Positions 1 through 12,795 are shown, counted from the stretch's first letter. The stretch is 64,000 nucleotides of DNA from Desulfuromonadales bacterium (GCA_034370465.1 JAXMLA010000317.1:270-64269); one strand, 5' to 3'. Translations and numbers: made by a program. Notes: generated by a model from the sequence alone, not told the origin.

Positions 1-758
1 CTCAGCTTCGTGCCGCCTGAATTTGCCCGAACGAAAATTTCCAAAATGCGTTCATGATCGGGATCCGTTTCCGTGTAAAAAGAAATGGCATCGTCAGCCC
101 AGATTGCCTCGTATAAACGCGTCAGGTTGTGTTCTACAACGCTTACCTCATGAGGCGTTAATCCTCGAATATCCCTGATATCCCTAACCTTTCGATCAAC
201 AAGACTTTGCAGCCCAACATCGAGATCCACATCCATAATACGACCGACCTCAAACCAGTAACTGCTCTTATTGAGCAAGCTCGGAGTGTAGTCATAAAAT
301 TCAAAACGATAAAATATCTCATCATCCGCATTTGGGACTCTTCCGTCATGCAGCAGGTCTAAAAATAATTTCTTTGGTACAGCGGTTCTCGCTCCTTTTC
401 CACTCTTCATTTTTCTGCCGACGTAAGTACCTTGTAAACCGACTAAAATCGCCGTCAATCTTTGCTGCCCGTCCAAAACAAATGTAATTTCTGACCTTCC
501 GAGTATGCGGGCCAATGGCGCCCTATTTTGTGACTCTTTTACGTTATATAAAAAATCATAGGCCTCAATATCGTATCGTGAATGGGGGGGAACCTGCCAA
601 AACAGAAATGAACTGATTGGGTACCGCCGCATTAATGAATCAAACAATGCGCTTATCTGCTCGGTCGTCCAAACAAACTCACGCTGCATCGCTGGAAGAA
701 ATAACTTCGTGTTAATTCGAGGCAGAACAGCAGCAATGGTTTCAGATTTGTAACTCAT
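1..758 (-). CDS. DUF262 domain protein (ParB-like / GmrSD N-terminal type), partial; gene continues past the window start
   Basis: Frame checked codon by codon and open from ATG 758-756 down to position 3. There is a TAA just upstream and an AAGGGGGG SD 4 nt before the ATG. Translation MSYKSETIAAV...PAMQREFVW...SFLFWQV...VLDGQQRLTAI...FVRANSGGTKL shows the QRxFVW and DGQQR motifs of DUF262. It is absent from the ORF track because there is no stop in the window. The segment is visibly AT-richer than its surroundings. Confidence 0.8.
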   Translation of the reverse strand, partial: MSYKSETIAAVLPRINTKLFLPAMQREFVWTTEQISALFDSLMRRYPISSFLFWQVPPHSRYDIEAYDFLYNVKESQNRAPLARILGRSEITFVLDGQQRLTAILVGLQGTYVGRKMKSGKGARTAVPKKLFLDLLHDGRVPNADDEIFYRFEFYDYTPSLLNKSSYWFEVGRIMDVDLDVGLQSLVDRKVRDIRDIRGLTPHEVSVVEHNLTRLYEAIWADDAISFYTETDPDHERILEIFVRANSGGTKL

Positions 759-1003
759 TTAGCCCCCCTTAATTGGATCGCAAAAAATCGGAAAACTTTT
801 CATAAAAAACAAAATCGCCCAGACGACTACTGCCATCGGGCGGACCGTTCGCTGGTTCACGTTGTTGCCAGCCGGCGTTTGCCATTACCCTTCTCCCTGT
901 AATCATTACATAAAAATCATTGGCGAAAATTAGCATAAAACACGGCTCGGAACAATGGATTAGCTGCAATTTGCAGCAAAAAATTAGCACTTACTACCTT
1001 GAT

Positions 1004-1237
1004 CTACTCCTTATCTCTAAAAGGATCGAATTTTTCTCCTCTGCGCACTAGATGCATACGGACATTCTCTATCTGAAAACCGTGTCCCTTGTTGTCATGA
1101 TCTACTAAAAACTTGTTGGCGTCGATTGCATCAAATCGAAATGCAGAATTAGGCTTTTTTGTATAGTAAACCCGATGGGTCACTCTGCTGAATCCTTTAA
1201 CGAATACTCCATTATGTTGAATGATTACCTTGGGCAT
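1004..1237 (-). CDS. hypothetical small protein (77 aa)
   Basis: Part of track ORF 1004..1303. The internal ATG at 1237 (MPKVIIQHNGVF...) is preceded by GGAGAG 5 nt upstream. I recognise no family. It lies 245 bp upstream of the DUF262 gene on the same strand. Confidence 0.4.
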   Translation of the reverse strand: MPKVIIQHNGVFVKGFSRVTHRVYYTKKPNSAFRFDAIDANKFLVDHDNKGHGFQIENVRMHLVRRGEKFDPFRDKE

Positions 1238-1682
1238 ACCTACTCTCCAGCCTCCTTGACTGTCGAAATATCCAATCTCTGAATGACTACAACCAAGTGT
1301 CAAATTAGCCTTAACAGGCGGGTCGCGTCCCGCCAGACGCCATACTTTTGTCCAAACGGCAACAAAAAGTACGCAAAAAATGCCTTTCTCCTGCGGAGGG
1401 CATCTCTGTCTCCCGTCTTCTTCTGATCAACTTATTGTCGATGCATTGACTGGCGCAGCACTCCTCGGCACGAAGAGCGGGGCACGATTCTTATGCGGGC
1501 ACCAAGGGCGGTGAAAGCTCATTTTCTGCCGCAATTAACTCTTGGCAATTGCCCCCCGCAGTCTTGACCCTAAAGCGGGCGAAAAATATTTCGCCCCTAC
1601 GCAAAAGCAATGGCGGGCTGGTGAATGAGCGGGGATGGTCAGATGATGTTCACCGTTTTCGGAAAAGAGAAGGGATCTCCGT

Positions 1683-2873
1683 TCAGCGCTGCAAGTAATC
1701 ATCGATTTCCCCAAACCGCTTAGCGTCCTGTAGCGGCACACCGCAAGCCGTGAACTCCTCCCGCCAATGCGCAACGGCAGCAAAGACCTCTTCGACAATG
1801 GTGGCCGCGCCGGAAATCTTCCATGAGCGACCGAGTTTTTCCAGATTAGCACGTCCGGGATAAACGGGATCTAAGTCAAAAAAGAGGACGTGTTCGCCCC
1901 GTTGCCCGATATCGGGAACCAGGTCAAAGGCGGGAGATAGCCGCCAACCGGTTTCGCGGTCACACAACATCCAAAAGTTCTTCAAGTGATCATCCGTGTT
2001 GTGCACCACAGCATTGAAGACCATCTGGCGGAACAACCGTTCTGAATCTTCCTGAGGGTCGGCGCTGACCTTGCGCACCACATTCAGTAGGTCTGCATAG
2101 CGACACAGGTAATGCCCTGTAGCTTTCAAAAGGGTTTGCAGACTGATCATGTGGCGACGCCCTGCCGGGGCCAGGTCGAAGCGGCGGACCAGCAGCACCG
2201 GTTTGCTCCCGCATTCCACCAAGCGAGTGAACGGGACAATCAGCCCCGCCCTTGCGGCCAAATTCATGGTGGCGGCTTCGATGCGAACGACATCAACATG
2301 GTCTTTGATGCTGGGGAACTTGGCGAGATAATGCTCATCCGCTTTTTCGTCGTAGACCAAAGCTTTGGGACGTGCTCCCCCCGGTGAGCTTCCCGCGCCA
2401 AGCAGCAAATTGATATCCGTATCCGTAGTCTCTCCACGTTCGAAGGCTTCAGCGGACTGGACCAGGCGATCCAGATTAAGAACAGAAGCTTCCGCAGACG
2501 AATGAACAGGAGTTCCGAGTTCGGTATAGGAGAGGGCTCCGAGTCCGGAATCCCCCAAAGCCAGGAGTAAGGTCGGCAGGTTCTGCTGGTGGGGGGTGAT
2601 GCGGTGCTTGCGAACCAACAATTTCCTTCCCCAATCATCGGGAAGGCTGTCTTCGAACACCCCGAAGACTCCGGGATGATCGATAGCGAAATCTCCCTCA
2701 CGCAACGGCAGAGAAACAGGGTCCAGAGAAAAAGCATCGGATCGGCTCAGGTACCCCGACGCATAACGAAAGGCCCCACGATTGCGACTGCCGGCGACAA
2801 TTTCGCAGACCATCTCTCCGGCAAGAACGCGCCCGGCGGCCAGCGTAATCCAGACCTCGATGCGATAAATCAT
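1683..2873 (-). CDS. hipA: type II toxin HipA-family serine/threonine kinase
   Basis: 396 aa with a HipA N-terminal coupling region (SLDPVSLPL...FGVFEDSLPDDWGR) and the GSSPGGARPKALV motif. It overlaps the upstream HTH gene by 4 bp. Confidence 0.9.
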   Translation of the reverse strand: MIYRIEVWITLAAGRVLAGEMVCEIVAGSRNRGAFRYASGYLSRSDAFSLDPVSLPLREGDFAIDHPGVFGVFEDSLPDDWGRKLLVRKHRITPHQQNLPTLLLALGDSGLGALSYTELGTPVHSSAEASVLNLDRLVQSAEAFERGETTDTDINLLLGAGSSPGGARPKALVYDEKADEHYLAKFPSIKDHVDVVRIEAATMNLAARAGLIVPFTRLVECGSKPVLLVRRFDLAPAGRRHMISLQTLLKATGHYLCRYADLLNVVRKVSADPQEDSERLFRQMVFNAVVHNTDDHLKNFWMLCDRETGWRLSPAFDLVPDIGQRGEHVLFFDLDPVYPGRANLEKLGRSWKISGAATIVEEVFAAVAHWREEFTACGVPLQDAKRFGEIDDYLQR

Positions 2874-3184
2874 TTATGCTCCTTGCGAGAAGCGCGTTGC
2901 CGTTTGGGGACTTTCAACTGTTCATACTTGGCAAAGAGGTCTTCTGTCGGTGCCAACAAATGGTCGAAATCCTCGACACGACCAAGGATATCCAGGGCTA
3001 CAGCCCATTGCCCAATTGGTACGCTGGGGTCACCGTGCTCCATCTTGTAATACGTCGGAATAGACACCCCGATCCGCGAAGCGAACACCTGCTGAGTCTC
3101 ATTACGCCGCAATCGCCCCTCACGCAATCTGGCGCCTAAAGACTTCAACCGGTCATTTGTTTGTTCAGAAAGAATCATACTCAC
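2870..3184 (-). CDS. hipB: XRE-family HTH antitoxin (HipB-like)
   Basis: 104 aa with the HTH_3 pattern LREGRLRRNETQQVFASRIGVSIPTYYKMEHG. It is translationally coupled to hipA by a 4-bp overlap. Confidence 0.85.
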   Translation of the reverse strand: MSMILSEQTNDRLKSLGARLREGRLRRNETQQVFASRIGVSIPTYYKMEHGDPSVPIGQWAVALDILGRVEDFDHLLAPTEDLFAKYEQLKVPKRQRASRKEHK

Positions 3185-3330
3185 CGTTAACTTTAAATAT
3201 ATTTTGCACTATAAATAAAAATTACTCTTATGCAAACATTTTTTTGTTTTAAAATCTATCTTTCTGGCGAAGAGGGATGATCAGCGTATGAAAAACTGGC
3301 GAAAAGTTCACTTCCGCATTTTCTTGAAAT

Positions 3331-3365
3331 AAAAAAGGCCGCCTCCAGTGATGAAGACGGCCTTT
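3331..3365 (-). terminator. intrinsic terminator downstream of tRNA-Asn
   Basis: 8-bp stem AAAGGCCG (3334-3341) / CGGCCTTT (3358-3365). It is followed on the minus strand by a T-run (plus-strand A-run 3331-3336). Confidence 0.6.
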
Positions 3366-3373
3366 GATTCGTT

Positions 3374-3449
3374 TGGCTCCCCGAGCAAGACTCGAACTTG
3401 CGACAAGGCGATTAACAGTCGCCTGCTCTACCGACTGAGCTATCAGGGA
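3374..3449 (-). tRNA. tRNA-Asn (anticodon GTT)
   Basis: The reverse complement folds as a cloverleaf: TCCCTGA TA GCTC AGTCGGTA GAGC A GGCGA CTGTTAA TCGCC TTGTC GCAAG TTCGAGT CTTGC TCGGGGA G CCA. Length is 76 nt with an encoded CCA. Confidence 0.95.
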
Positions 3450-3645
3450 ACGGTAGTTGTGTCTCGTGCTGGTCGATTTCTTAAGTTACTGCCTTGTCAT
3501 CGGCGGGCAACCGGAAAGATGCTTCCCTGAAAATCTTTGTAGCGTCGGGACGGGAAATCTTATACAACGGGGATAAAATGATGTCAAGAAGGAATCTGCA
3601 TCGCCCTCCAGCAAAACGGGCTGGCGCATGCTGCCAGGAGTTGAC

Positions 3646-4428
3646 ATGTCTAACCCCTTGATCATAGCGCACCGCGGCGCTTCATTCGATGCTCCGGAGA
3701 ATACCCTGGCCGCCTTCCACTTGGCATTTGCGCAGGGGGCGGACGGGATTGAAGCGGATTTTCGCCTGAGCAGCGATGGTGAGATTGTCTGCATCCATGA
3801 CGCGATGACCGGTCGCACAGCCGAGCGCAATCTGCGCGTTGCAACCCACTCCCTGGCCGAACTGCGTGGTCTCGACTTCGGGGGATGGAGGGGGCCGCAA
3901 TGGCAGGGGGAAAAAATTCCGACCCTTGCCGAGGTGCTGACGATCTTGCCGACCGGGAAGAAGTTCTTTATCGAGATCAAGTGTGGCGTTGAGATTATTT
4001 CGCCGCTCCACAAACTCTTGACCACGACCGCCACCGCCACGGAGCAACTGTGCTTTCTCACTTTTGATGCGTTACTACTTGCAGCTCTCAAAGGAGCGTT
4101 TCCGACGATCAAGTCCTGTCTCAATGTCGAATATCACCGCACCGGACTGGTCGGCGCGTGGCAACCTTCGGCGGAGGAGCTGGTGCGAATCCTGTCGCAC
4201 TGCGGCGCCGCGGGCCTCTCCTCCCAGGCCCACCGCTGCATCGACGCTGACTTTATCGAACGCTTGCGCTCATCCGGGAACGAACTGCACATCTGGACGG
4301 TTGATTTTTTAGCCGACGCCCGTCATTATCACGCGCTGGGAGTCGATTCCCTGATGTCGAACCGGCCGGGTTTTCTCCGTCAGGAACTCCTGGCCGCATC
4401 GTTATGGTCCCCGCTTGCCGGAAGGTAA
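3646..4428 (+). CDS. glycerophosphodiester phosphodiesterase family protein
   Basis: GDPD signature IIAHRGASFDAPENTLAAF...GADGIEADFRLSSDGEIVCIHD. ATG 3646 has an AGGAG SD 5 nt upstream. The track start at 3628 is an alternative. Confidence 0.85.
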   Translation: MSNPLIIAHRGASFDAPENTLAAFHLAFAQGADGIEADFRLSSDGEIVCIHDAMTGRTAERNLRVATHSLAELRGLDFGGWRGPQWQGEKIPTLAEVLTILPTGKKFFIEIKCGVEIISPLHKLLTTTATATEQLCFLTFDALLLAALKGAFPTIKSCLNVEYHRTGLVGAWQPSAEELVRILSHCGAAGLSSQAHRCIDADFIERLRSSGNELHIWTVDFLADARHYHALGVDSLMSNRPGFLRQELLAASLWSPLAGR

Positions 4429-4431
4429 AAA

Positions 4432-6603
4432 ATGAACCGTCGTGCCTATCTGACTTCCGGTCGCGCCATCGCGCTCCTCGAAAACCTGTCCCGCGTCCGC
4501 ATCAACATGCATGGCCGCGAAAACCTTTCTGCTGCCCCGACGATCTTTGTCGTCAATCACTTTACCCGCATCGAGACCCTCCTTCTCCCTTTCCATATCT
4601 ACTCTCTGACGCAGCGGCCAGTCTGGTCTCTTGCGGATGCCGCGCTCTTTCGCGGCACCTTCGGCAATCTCCTCGATGCTCTCGGCGCGGTCTCGACCAG
4701 AGCCCCGGACCGCGATCGCTTGATGGTCAAGAGTCTGTTGACCGGTGAAGCCAACTGGATCATCTTTCCGGAAGGGTGCATGGTCAAGGATAAGGTGATT
4801 ATCGAGCAGGCGCGTTACGCCATCTCCTGCGCCGGCGGCCGCAAGCCGCCCCACACCGGCGCCGCCACCCTGGCTCTGCGCACGGAGTTCTACCGGAAAA
4901 GGCTGCAAACCCTGACTAACGACCTCCCGGACGAGGCGGAGCGACTCAGGGCACTCTTCGGCATCACTGCACCGACGGACATCCTGACGACTCCGACGCA
5001 AATCATTCCGGTCAACATCACCTACTACCCTCTCCGCGCCAAGGAGAATGCCCTCAGCCGCCTCGCTGAACGCTACCTCGGGGATTTACCGGAACGCTTT
5101 CACGAAGAGCTGTTGATCGAGGGGGCGATGCTGCTGGAAGGAGTGGATATTGACATCCGCTTCGGCGCACCGCTGGCGGTCGGCGAGAACCTCGACTGTA
5201 GTGAGATCATGAACGATATCAAATCCGTGCAGCGCATCGATTTCGAAGATCGCCTCCCATCCCTCCATGCCATGCGCAAAGAAGCGTTCCGCATCATGCA
5301 GAGTTATATGGAAGCAATCTACAAGCTGACGACGGTGAATCACGATCACCTTTTCGCCTCGCTGCTTCGCACTTTCCCCTTCAGCAGAATGACTCCCGCC
5401 GATTTTCGCCGACGGATCTTTCTCTTGAGTAACGACCTGACCTCTCTCGGCTTGCATAAGCACCAAAGCCTGGGAGAAGGGCAGTTAGCCCTCTTGACCG
5501 ACGACCGTTTCAATAAATACCACGAATTTCTTGCCCTGGCCCTGGAGACCGGAGTTTTGCGCCAGGAAGGAGACTACCTGGTCAAGGATCCGACGAAATT
5601 CTCTTCACCTTTGACCCTCAATCGCGCCCGCATCGACAATCCCATCGGCGTCCTCGCCAACGAAGTCCTACCGTTGAGCAAGCTGCAAAAGAGGATCCGC
5701 TTTTATGCCTACCTCCCGCCGATGGCGGTCCGTTACCTGGTAGCGAAACAGATTATCAAGGGGGCGGAGCAGGAGTTTGCAGTCGATTATCAGAGTTTTT
5801 TCCGGGCCGGAGAGTCCAAAGAGCAGGAGATAGGGAGACCAGTACTGCTGCGCGGTACCTCCCGTAAACTCGGGATCATTCTCATCCACGGTTTTTTGGC
5901 TGCTCCCCGCGAAATGATCGAGCTTGCCAACTACCTGCAGCAGCGCGGCTGGTGGGTCTACGTCCTCAGAGTCAAGGGGCATGGCACATCGCCGGCTGAT
6001 TTGGCCCGGCGGAAAGGGAGCGACTGGCAGAACTCTGTCGACGTCGGTTATGCCGCCCTAAGTAGCCTTTGTGACAAGGTCATCGTCGGTGGTTTCTCCT
6101 TCGGCGGGGGGTTGGCCCTCGACTGTGCGGCCCGCATCCCGCAGATAATTGCGGTCTTTGCCGTCTCTCCGCCGATGCAACTGCAAGATCTGTCTTCAAG
6201 ATTTGCAACGACGATCGCCGCCTGGAATCGCTTGATGGACAGGTTGAAACGGGAGGCGGGGAAGAAGGAGTATGCCGAGATCGTCCCGGAACATCCCGAG
6301 ATCAACTATCACCGCCTGCCGATTGTCAGTCTGGTTGCCATGGGGAATGTCATGAGAGCGCTCGCGGCCAAACTGCCGGCGATTACCGTACCGACCTTGA
6401 TTGTCCAGGCAAAAGGTGATCCAGTGGTAACGCCGAACGGATCAAGGCGCCTCTTTGAAAAGCTCGGAGCCAAGGAGAAGGAGTATCTCCTCGTTGACCT
6501 GAATCGTCACGGCATCCTTTCAGGCCCCAGCGCTGAGCAGGTCCATAGCGCAATTGCTGCCTTTATCGAGCGGGTTTTGAAGCTAAAGGAGACGAAAGAG
6601 TAG
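4432..6603 (+). CDS. fusion protein: PlsC-like acyltransferase domain plus alpha/beta hydrolase (lysophospholipase-like) domain
   Basis: The N-terminus has VNHFTRIE (H-x4-E/D block) and IIFPEG blocks. The C-terminus has ILIHGF...KGHGTSP and the nucleophile elbow GFSFGG. Confidence 0.75.
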   Translation: MNRRAYLTSGRAIALLENLSRVRINMHGRENLSAAPTIFVVNHFTRIETLLLPFHIYSLTQRPVWSLADAALFRGTFGNLLDALGAVSTRAPDRDRLMVKSLLTGEANWIIFPEGCMVKDKVIIEQARYAISCAGGRKPPHTGAATLALRTEFYRKRLQTLTNDLPDEAERLRALFGITAPTDILTTPTQIIPVNITYYPLRAKENALSRLAERYLGDLPERFHEELLIEGAMLLEGVDIDIRFGAPLAVGENLDCSEIMNDIKSVQRIDFEDRLPSLHAMRKEAFRIMQSYMEAIYKLTTVNHDHLFASLLRTFPFSRMTPADFRRRIFLLSNDLTSLGLHKHQSLGEGQLALLTDDRFNKYHEFLALALETGVLRQEGDYLVKDPTKFSSPLTLNRARIDNPIGVLANEVLPLSKLQKRIRFYAYLPPMAVRYLVAKQIIKGAEQEFAVDYQSFFRAGESKEQEIGRPVLLRGTSRKLGIILIHGFLAAPREMIELANYLQQRGWWVYVLRVKGHGTSPADLARRKGSDWQNSVDVGYAALSSLCDKVIVGGFSFGGGLALDCAARIPQIIAVFAVSPPMQLQDLSSRFATTIAAWNRLMDRLKREAGKKEYAEIVPEHPEINYHRLPIVSLVAMGNVMRALAAKLPAITVPTLIVQAKGDPVVTPNGSRRLFEKLGAKEKEYLLVDLNRHGILSGPSAEQVHSAIAAFIERVLKLKETKE

Positions 6604-6621
6604 CGGGAGGAAAAATCATAT

Positions 6622-6655
6622 AAAAGGCCTCAAGTCTGATGACTTGGGGCCTTTT
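6622..6655. terminator. bidirectional intrinsic terminator between convergent genes
   Basis: AAAAGGCCTCAAGTC tgat GACTTGGGGCCTTTT, with one mismatch and A/T runs on both sides. Confidence 0.6.
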
Positions 6656-6693
6656 ATATGGAACAAATAGCGAGAAAGACAGATGTGCCGGCA

Positions 6694-7287
6694 TCAACCG
6701 CCGGTCCCTTGGCGAAGTTCGACGAGAATCAACTTGGCGACAGCCTTGAGCGTTTCAAAGACCCCTTCACCGGTCGTGGCGCAGGCCTGAAATTCTGGCA
6801 CGCCCTGGGGATTAAGGAGGGCTCGCAGCTCTTCCAGCGGAGTGACGTTCGGCAGATCACACTTGTTGTACTGCATGACAAAGGGAATCTTGTCGAGATC
6901 GTAGCCCTGCTCTTCGAGATTGATCCGCAGATTGTCGAGGCTTTCGATATTGGCATCGAGACGCTCTTCCTGCGAATCGGCGACAAAGACGACACCATCG
7001 ACCCCTTTAAGGATGAGTTTACGCGAAGCATCATAAAAGACTTGACCGGGGACGGTATAAAGGTGGAAACGGGTCTTGAAACCGCGAATTTCGCCAAGGG
7101 CCAGCGGTAAAAAATCGAAGAAGAGGGTGCGTTCGGTCTCGGTCGCCAGGGAGATCATCTTCCCTTTGGCATCGGGAGCGGTTTTTTGGTAGACGTGCTG
7201 CAAATTCGTCGTTTTGCCGCACAGCCCGGGGCCGTAATAAACGATTTTGCAGTTAATTTCCCGTGAAGCATAGTTGATAAAAGACAT
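6694..7287 (-). CDS. mglA: Ras-like GTPase MglA
   Basis: [30 protein letters not shown]...[35 protein letters not shown] is near-identical in pattern to Myxococcus MglA. Confidence 0.95.
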   Translation of the reverse strand: MSFINYASREINCKIVYYGPGLCGKTTNLQHVYQKTAPDAKGKMISLATETERTLFFDFLPLALGEIRGFKTRFHLYTVPGQVFYDASRKLILKGVDGVVFVADSQEERLDANIESLDNLRINLEEQGYDLDKIPFVMQYNKCDLPNVTPLEELRALLNPQGVPEFQACATTGEGVFETLKAVAKLILVELRQGTGG

Positions 7288-7301
7288 AGGACTCTTTCCT
7301 G

Positions 7302-7802
7302 TCAGCTGAACAGGTTATCGATATCGTCGTCGGTAATTTCGGCAAAGGGGCTGAGGGCGTTGCCGCTCTTCTCCTGAACCTCGGCCTTTTTGGCGAGGTC
7401 GTAGAAGATTTGGGTCAGCTCTTCACTCCCTTTCTTCACCCGCAGACGCACCAGTCCGAGGGAACTGCGCTGGTCGAAGATGACGACAAGGATGACCCGT
7501 TCGGCGACGATCGAGATATGGAGATTATCCTTTTCCCCTTCATGAAAGAGGATGGAGAACTCCTTTTCGCCGATGAGTTTGGCCAGCCCACCGGTGGCGG
7601 CAATATTTCCGGCGGTCAACGAGGCGAGACTGGTGGTGTCGAGGTGCTCGGTTTCGCCGACAGCGGAAATCAGCTGGCCGTTTTTATCGACTAGAAAGAT
7701 CACCTTGGCATTCGCATCCCGCAACAGCTTTTCGATGATGAGATTGATCCGCTTGAACTCTTCGTCGTACATCACGAAGGACGACGTATTGGGACCGAGC
7801 AT
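7302..7802 (-). CDS. mglB: MglB, Roadblock/LC7-domain GAP of MglA
   Basis: VMYDEEF...[18 protein letters not shown]...[24 protein letters not shown]...[25 protein letters not shown] 7802 has AAGGAG 8 nt upstream. The track start at 7808 is TTG. Confidence 0.9.
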   Translation of the reverse strand: MLGPNTSSFVMYDEEFKRINLIIEKLLRDANAKVIFLVDKNGQLISAVGETEHLDTTSLASLTAGNIAATGGLAKLIGEKEFSILFHEGEKDNLHISIVAERVILVVIFDQRSSLGLVRLRVKKGSEELTQIFYDLAKKAEVQEKSGNALSPFAEITDDDIDNLFS

Positions 7803-7906
7803 GGGCAAAGCTCCTTGGCATAAGTACTAGATTGGTCTTTATAGCACCTTGCCCTGACTCTTTCAAGATTATCCTTTACGGGATGTCACGGCTTCTACCT
7901 TCGGCG

Positions 7907-7950
7907 AAAAAAGAACCCCCGGTGCCTTGAGGCGATCGGGGGTTCTTTTT
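7907..7950 (-). terminator. intrinsic terminator after PFOR gene
   Basis: 9-bp GC stem GAACCCCCG (7913-7921) / CGGGGGTTC (7937-7945), flanked by an A-run and a T-run. Confidence 0.65.
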
Positions 7951-7994
7951 CAGCCTGTCTGCTTAACTAATCAACTATTCATTTTTATCAAATG

Positions 7995-11552
<3,558 letters not shown>

Positions 11553-11676
11553 CGATAAAATCCTCCTTGGGCTGGGTTATTCAGTCGTTCTGACATGAGC
11601 GAAACAGGAATCAGCACTGATACGGGAACAGCTTTGCTACTTTTGAACAAATTTTAGTATGCGCGCAACGGTAAAA

Positions 11677-12276
11677 TCAAAGGTCTCGACGCCCCTCAAT
11701 CGCCCGACTCACCGTGGCATCATCAACATATTCAAGATCGCTCCCCAGCGGGATCCCGTAAGCCAGGCGGGTCACCCGGATCCCCAGGGGACGCAGGCGT
11801 TGAGCCAGATAAAGGGCGGTCGCTTCTCCTTCCACCGAGAAGTTGGTGGCAACGACAACCTCCGTGACCTCTTCGTTCTGCACCCGTTCCAGGAGTTCAC
11901 GGATACGCAATTGCTCAGGACCGATGCCGTCGAGGGGCGAAAGTGCCCCGTGCAGAATATGATAGCGGCCATGAAAAGAACGTCCTCGCTCAATGGCGAG
12001 GAGATCCTGCGGCTGCTCGACAATACAAAGGAGGTGCCCGTCGCGGGACGAATCACAACAGATCGTGCAAGGATCGGCCTCGGTCAGGTGGAAGCAGCGA
12101 CTGCAGAGACGAACCCGAATCTTGACATCACGAATGGCCACGGCGAGGGCTTCCGACTGCTGCTCGGGCTGACGCAGCAAATAAAAAGCCAACCGGGTCG
12201 CTGTCTTACGACCAACTCCCGGAAATTTGGCAAGCTCTGTGACCAGACGAGCAAAAGATGGAATGGAATCTAGCAT
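11677..12276 (-). CDS. recR: recombination protein RecR
   Basis: LAKFPGVGRKTATRLAFYLL HhH motif, C4 zinc finger CSRCFHLTEADPCTIC, and a Toprim region. Confidence 0.95.
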   Translation of the reverse strand: MLDSIPSFARLVTELAKFPGVGRKTATRLAFYLLRQPEQQSEALAVAIRDVKIRVRLCSRCFHLTEADPCTICCDSSRDGHLLCIVEQPQDLLAIERGRSFHGRYHILHGALSPLDGIGPEQLRIRELLERVQNEEVTEVVVATNFSVEGEATALYLAQRLRPLGIRVTRLAYGIPLGSDLEYVDDATVSRAIEGRRDL

Positions 12277-12445
12277 GAGAGTCGATAAAATCCAAGTTTT
12301 TAAAATATTGTTTTACTTTTTAAGGTTGACGAAAAATCTTGCATCTAGCTAAAAAACAAGGGGTAACTCATCTGACAAAAGCAGAATCATCACCCCCGGT
12401 CGAGAATGGAAATCTAACAGCAACGCTCAATTTTCGGCGCTGTTT

Positions 12446-12760
12446 CTACATGAGGCCGGGGAGATTGAAGCCGCCGGTCACCTTCCCCATCTCTTCCTGT
12501 TGAATCTCCTGGCTCTTCTTGATCGCTTCATTCACGGCCGTGATCACCAGGTCCTGAAGCATGTCGATATCTTCCGGGTCGACCACACTCTTGTCGATCT
12601 TCAATGAGACGAGCTTCTGACGGCCGGTAACGGTCGCAGAGACCACACCGCCGCCGACGGAAGACTCGATGCGCAGATGCTCCATCTCTTCCTGCATCTT
12701 TGCCATCTTTTGCTGCATCGCCTGCGCCTGCTTGACAATACCACCAAAACCACGGGACAT
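12446..12760 (-). CDS. ybaB: nucleoid-associated protein YbaB/EbfC
   Basis: 104 aa with the typical QAQAMQQKMAKMQEEM...GGGVVSATVTG...INLPGLM-type ends. It sits in the conserved position between dnaX and recR. Confidence 0.9.
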   Translation of the reverse strand: MSRGFGGIVKQAQAMQQKMAKMQEEMEHLRIESSVGGGVVSATVTGRQKLVSLKIDKSVVDPEDIDMLQDLVITAVNEAIKKSQEIQQEEMGKVTGGFNLPGLM

Positions 12761-12795
12761 TTTGTTACCTCCTTGAAATTATGACGGGACGAACT

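Noticed and set aside
769-990. 73-aa minus-strand ORF upstream of the DUF262 gene
   Set aside because: It is Cys/Phe-rich with no SD, and it covers the AT-rich putative control region. It is more likely non-coding.
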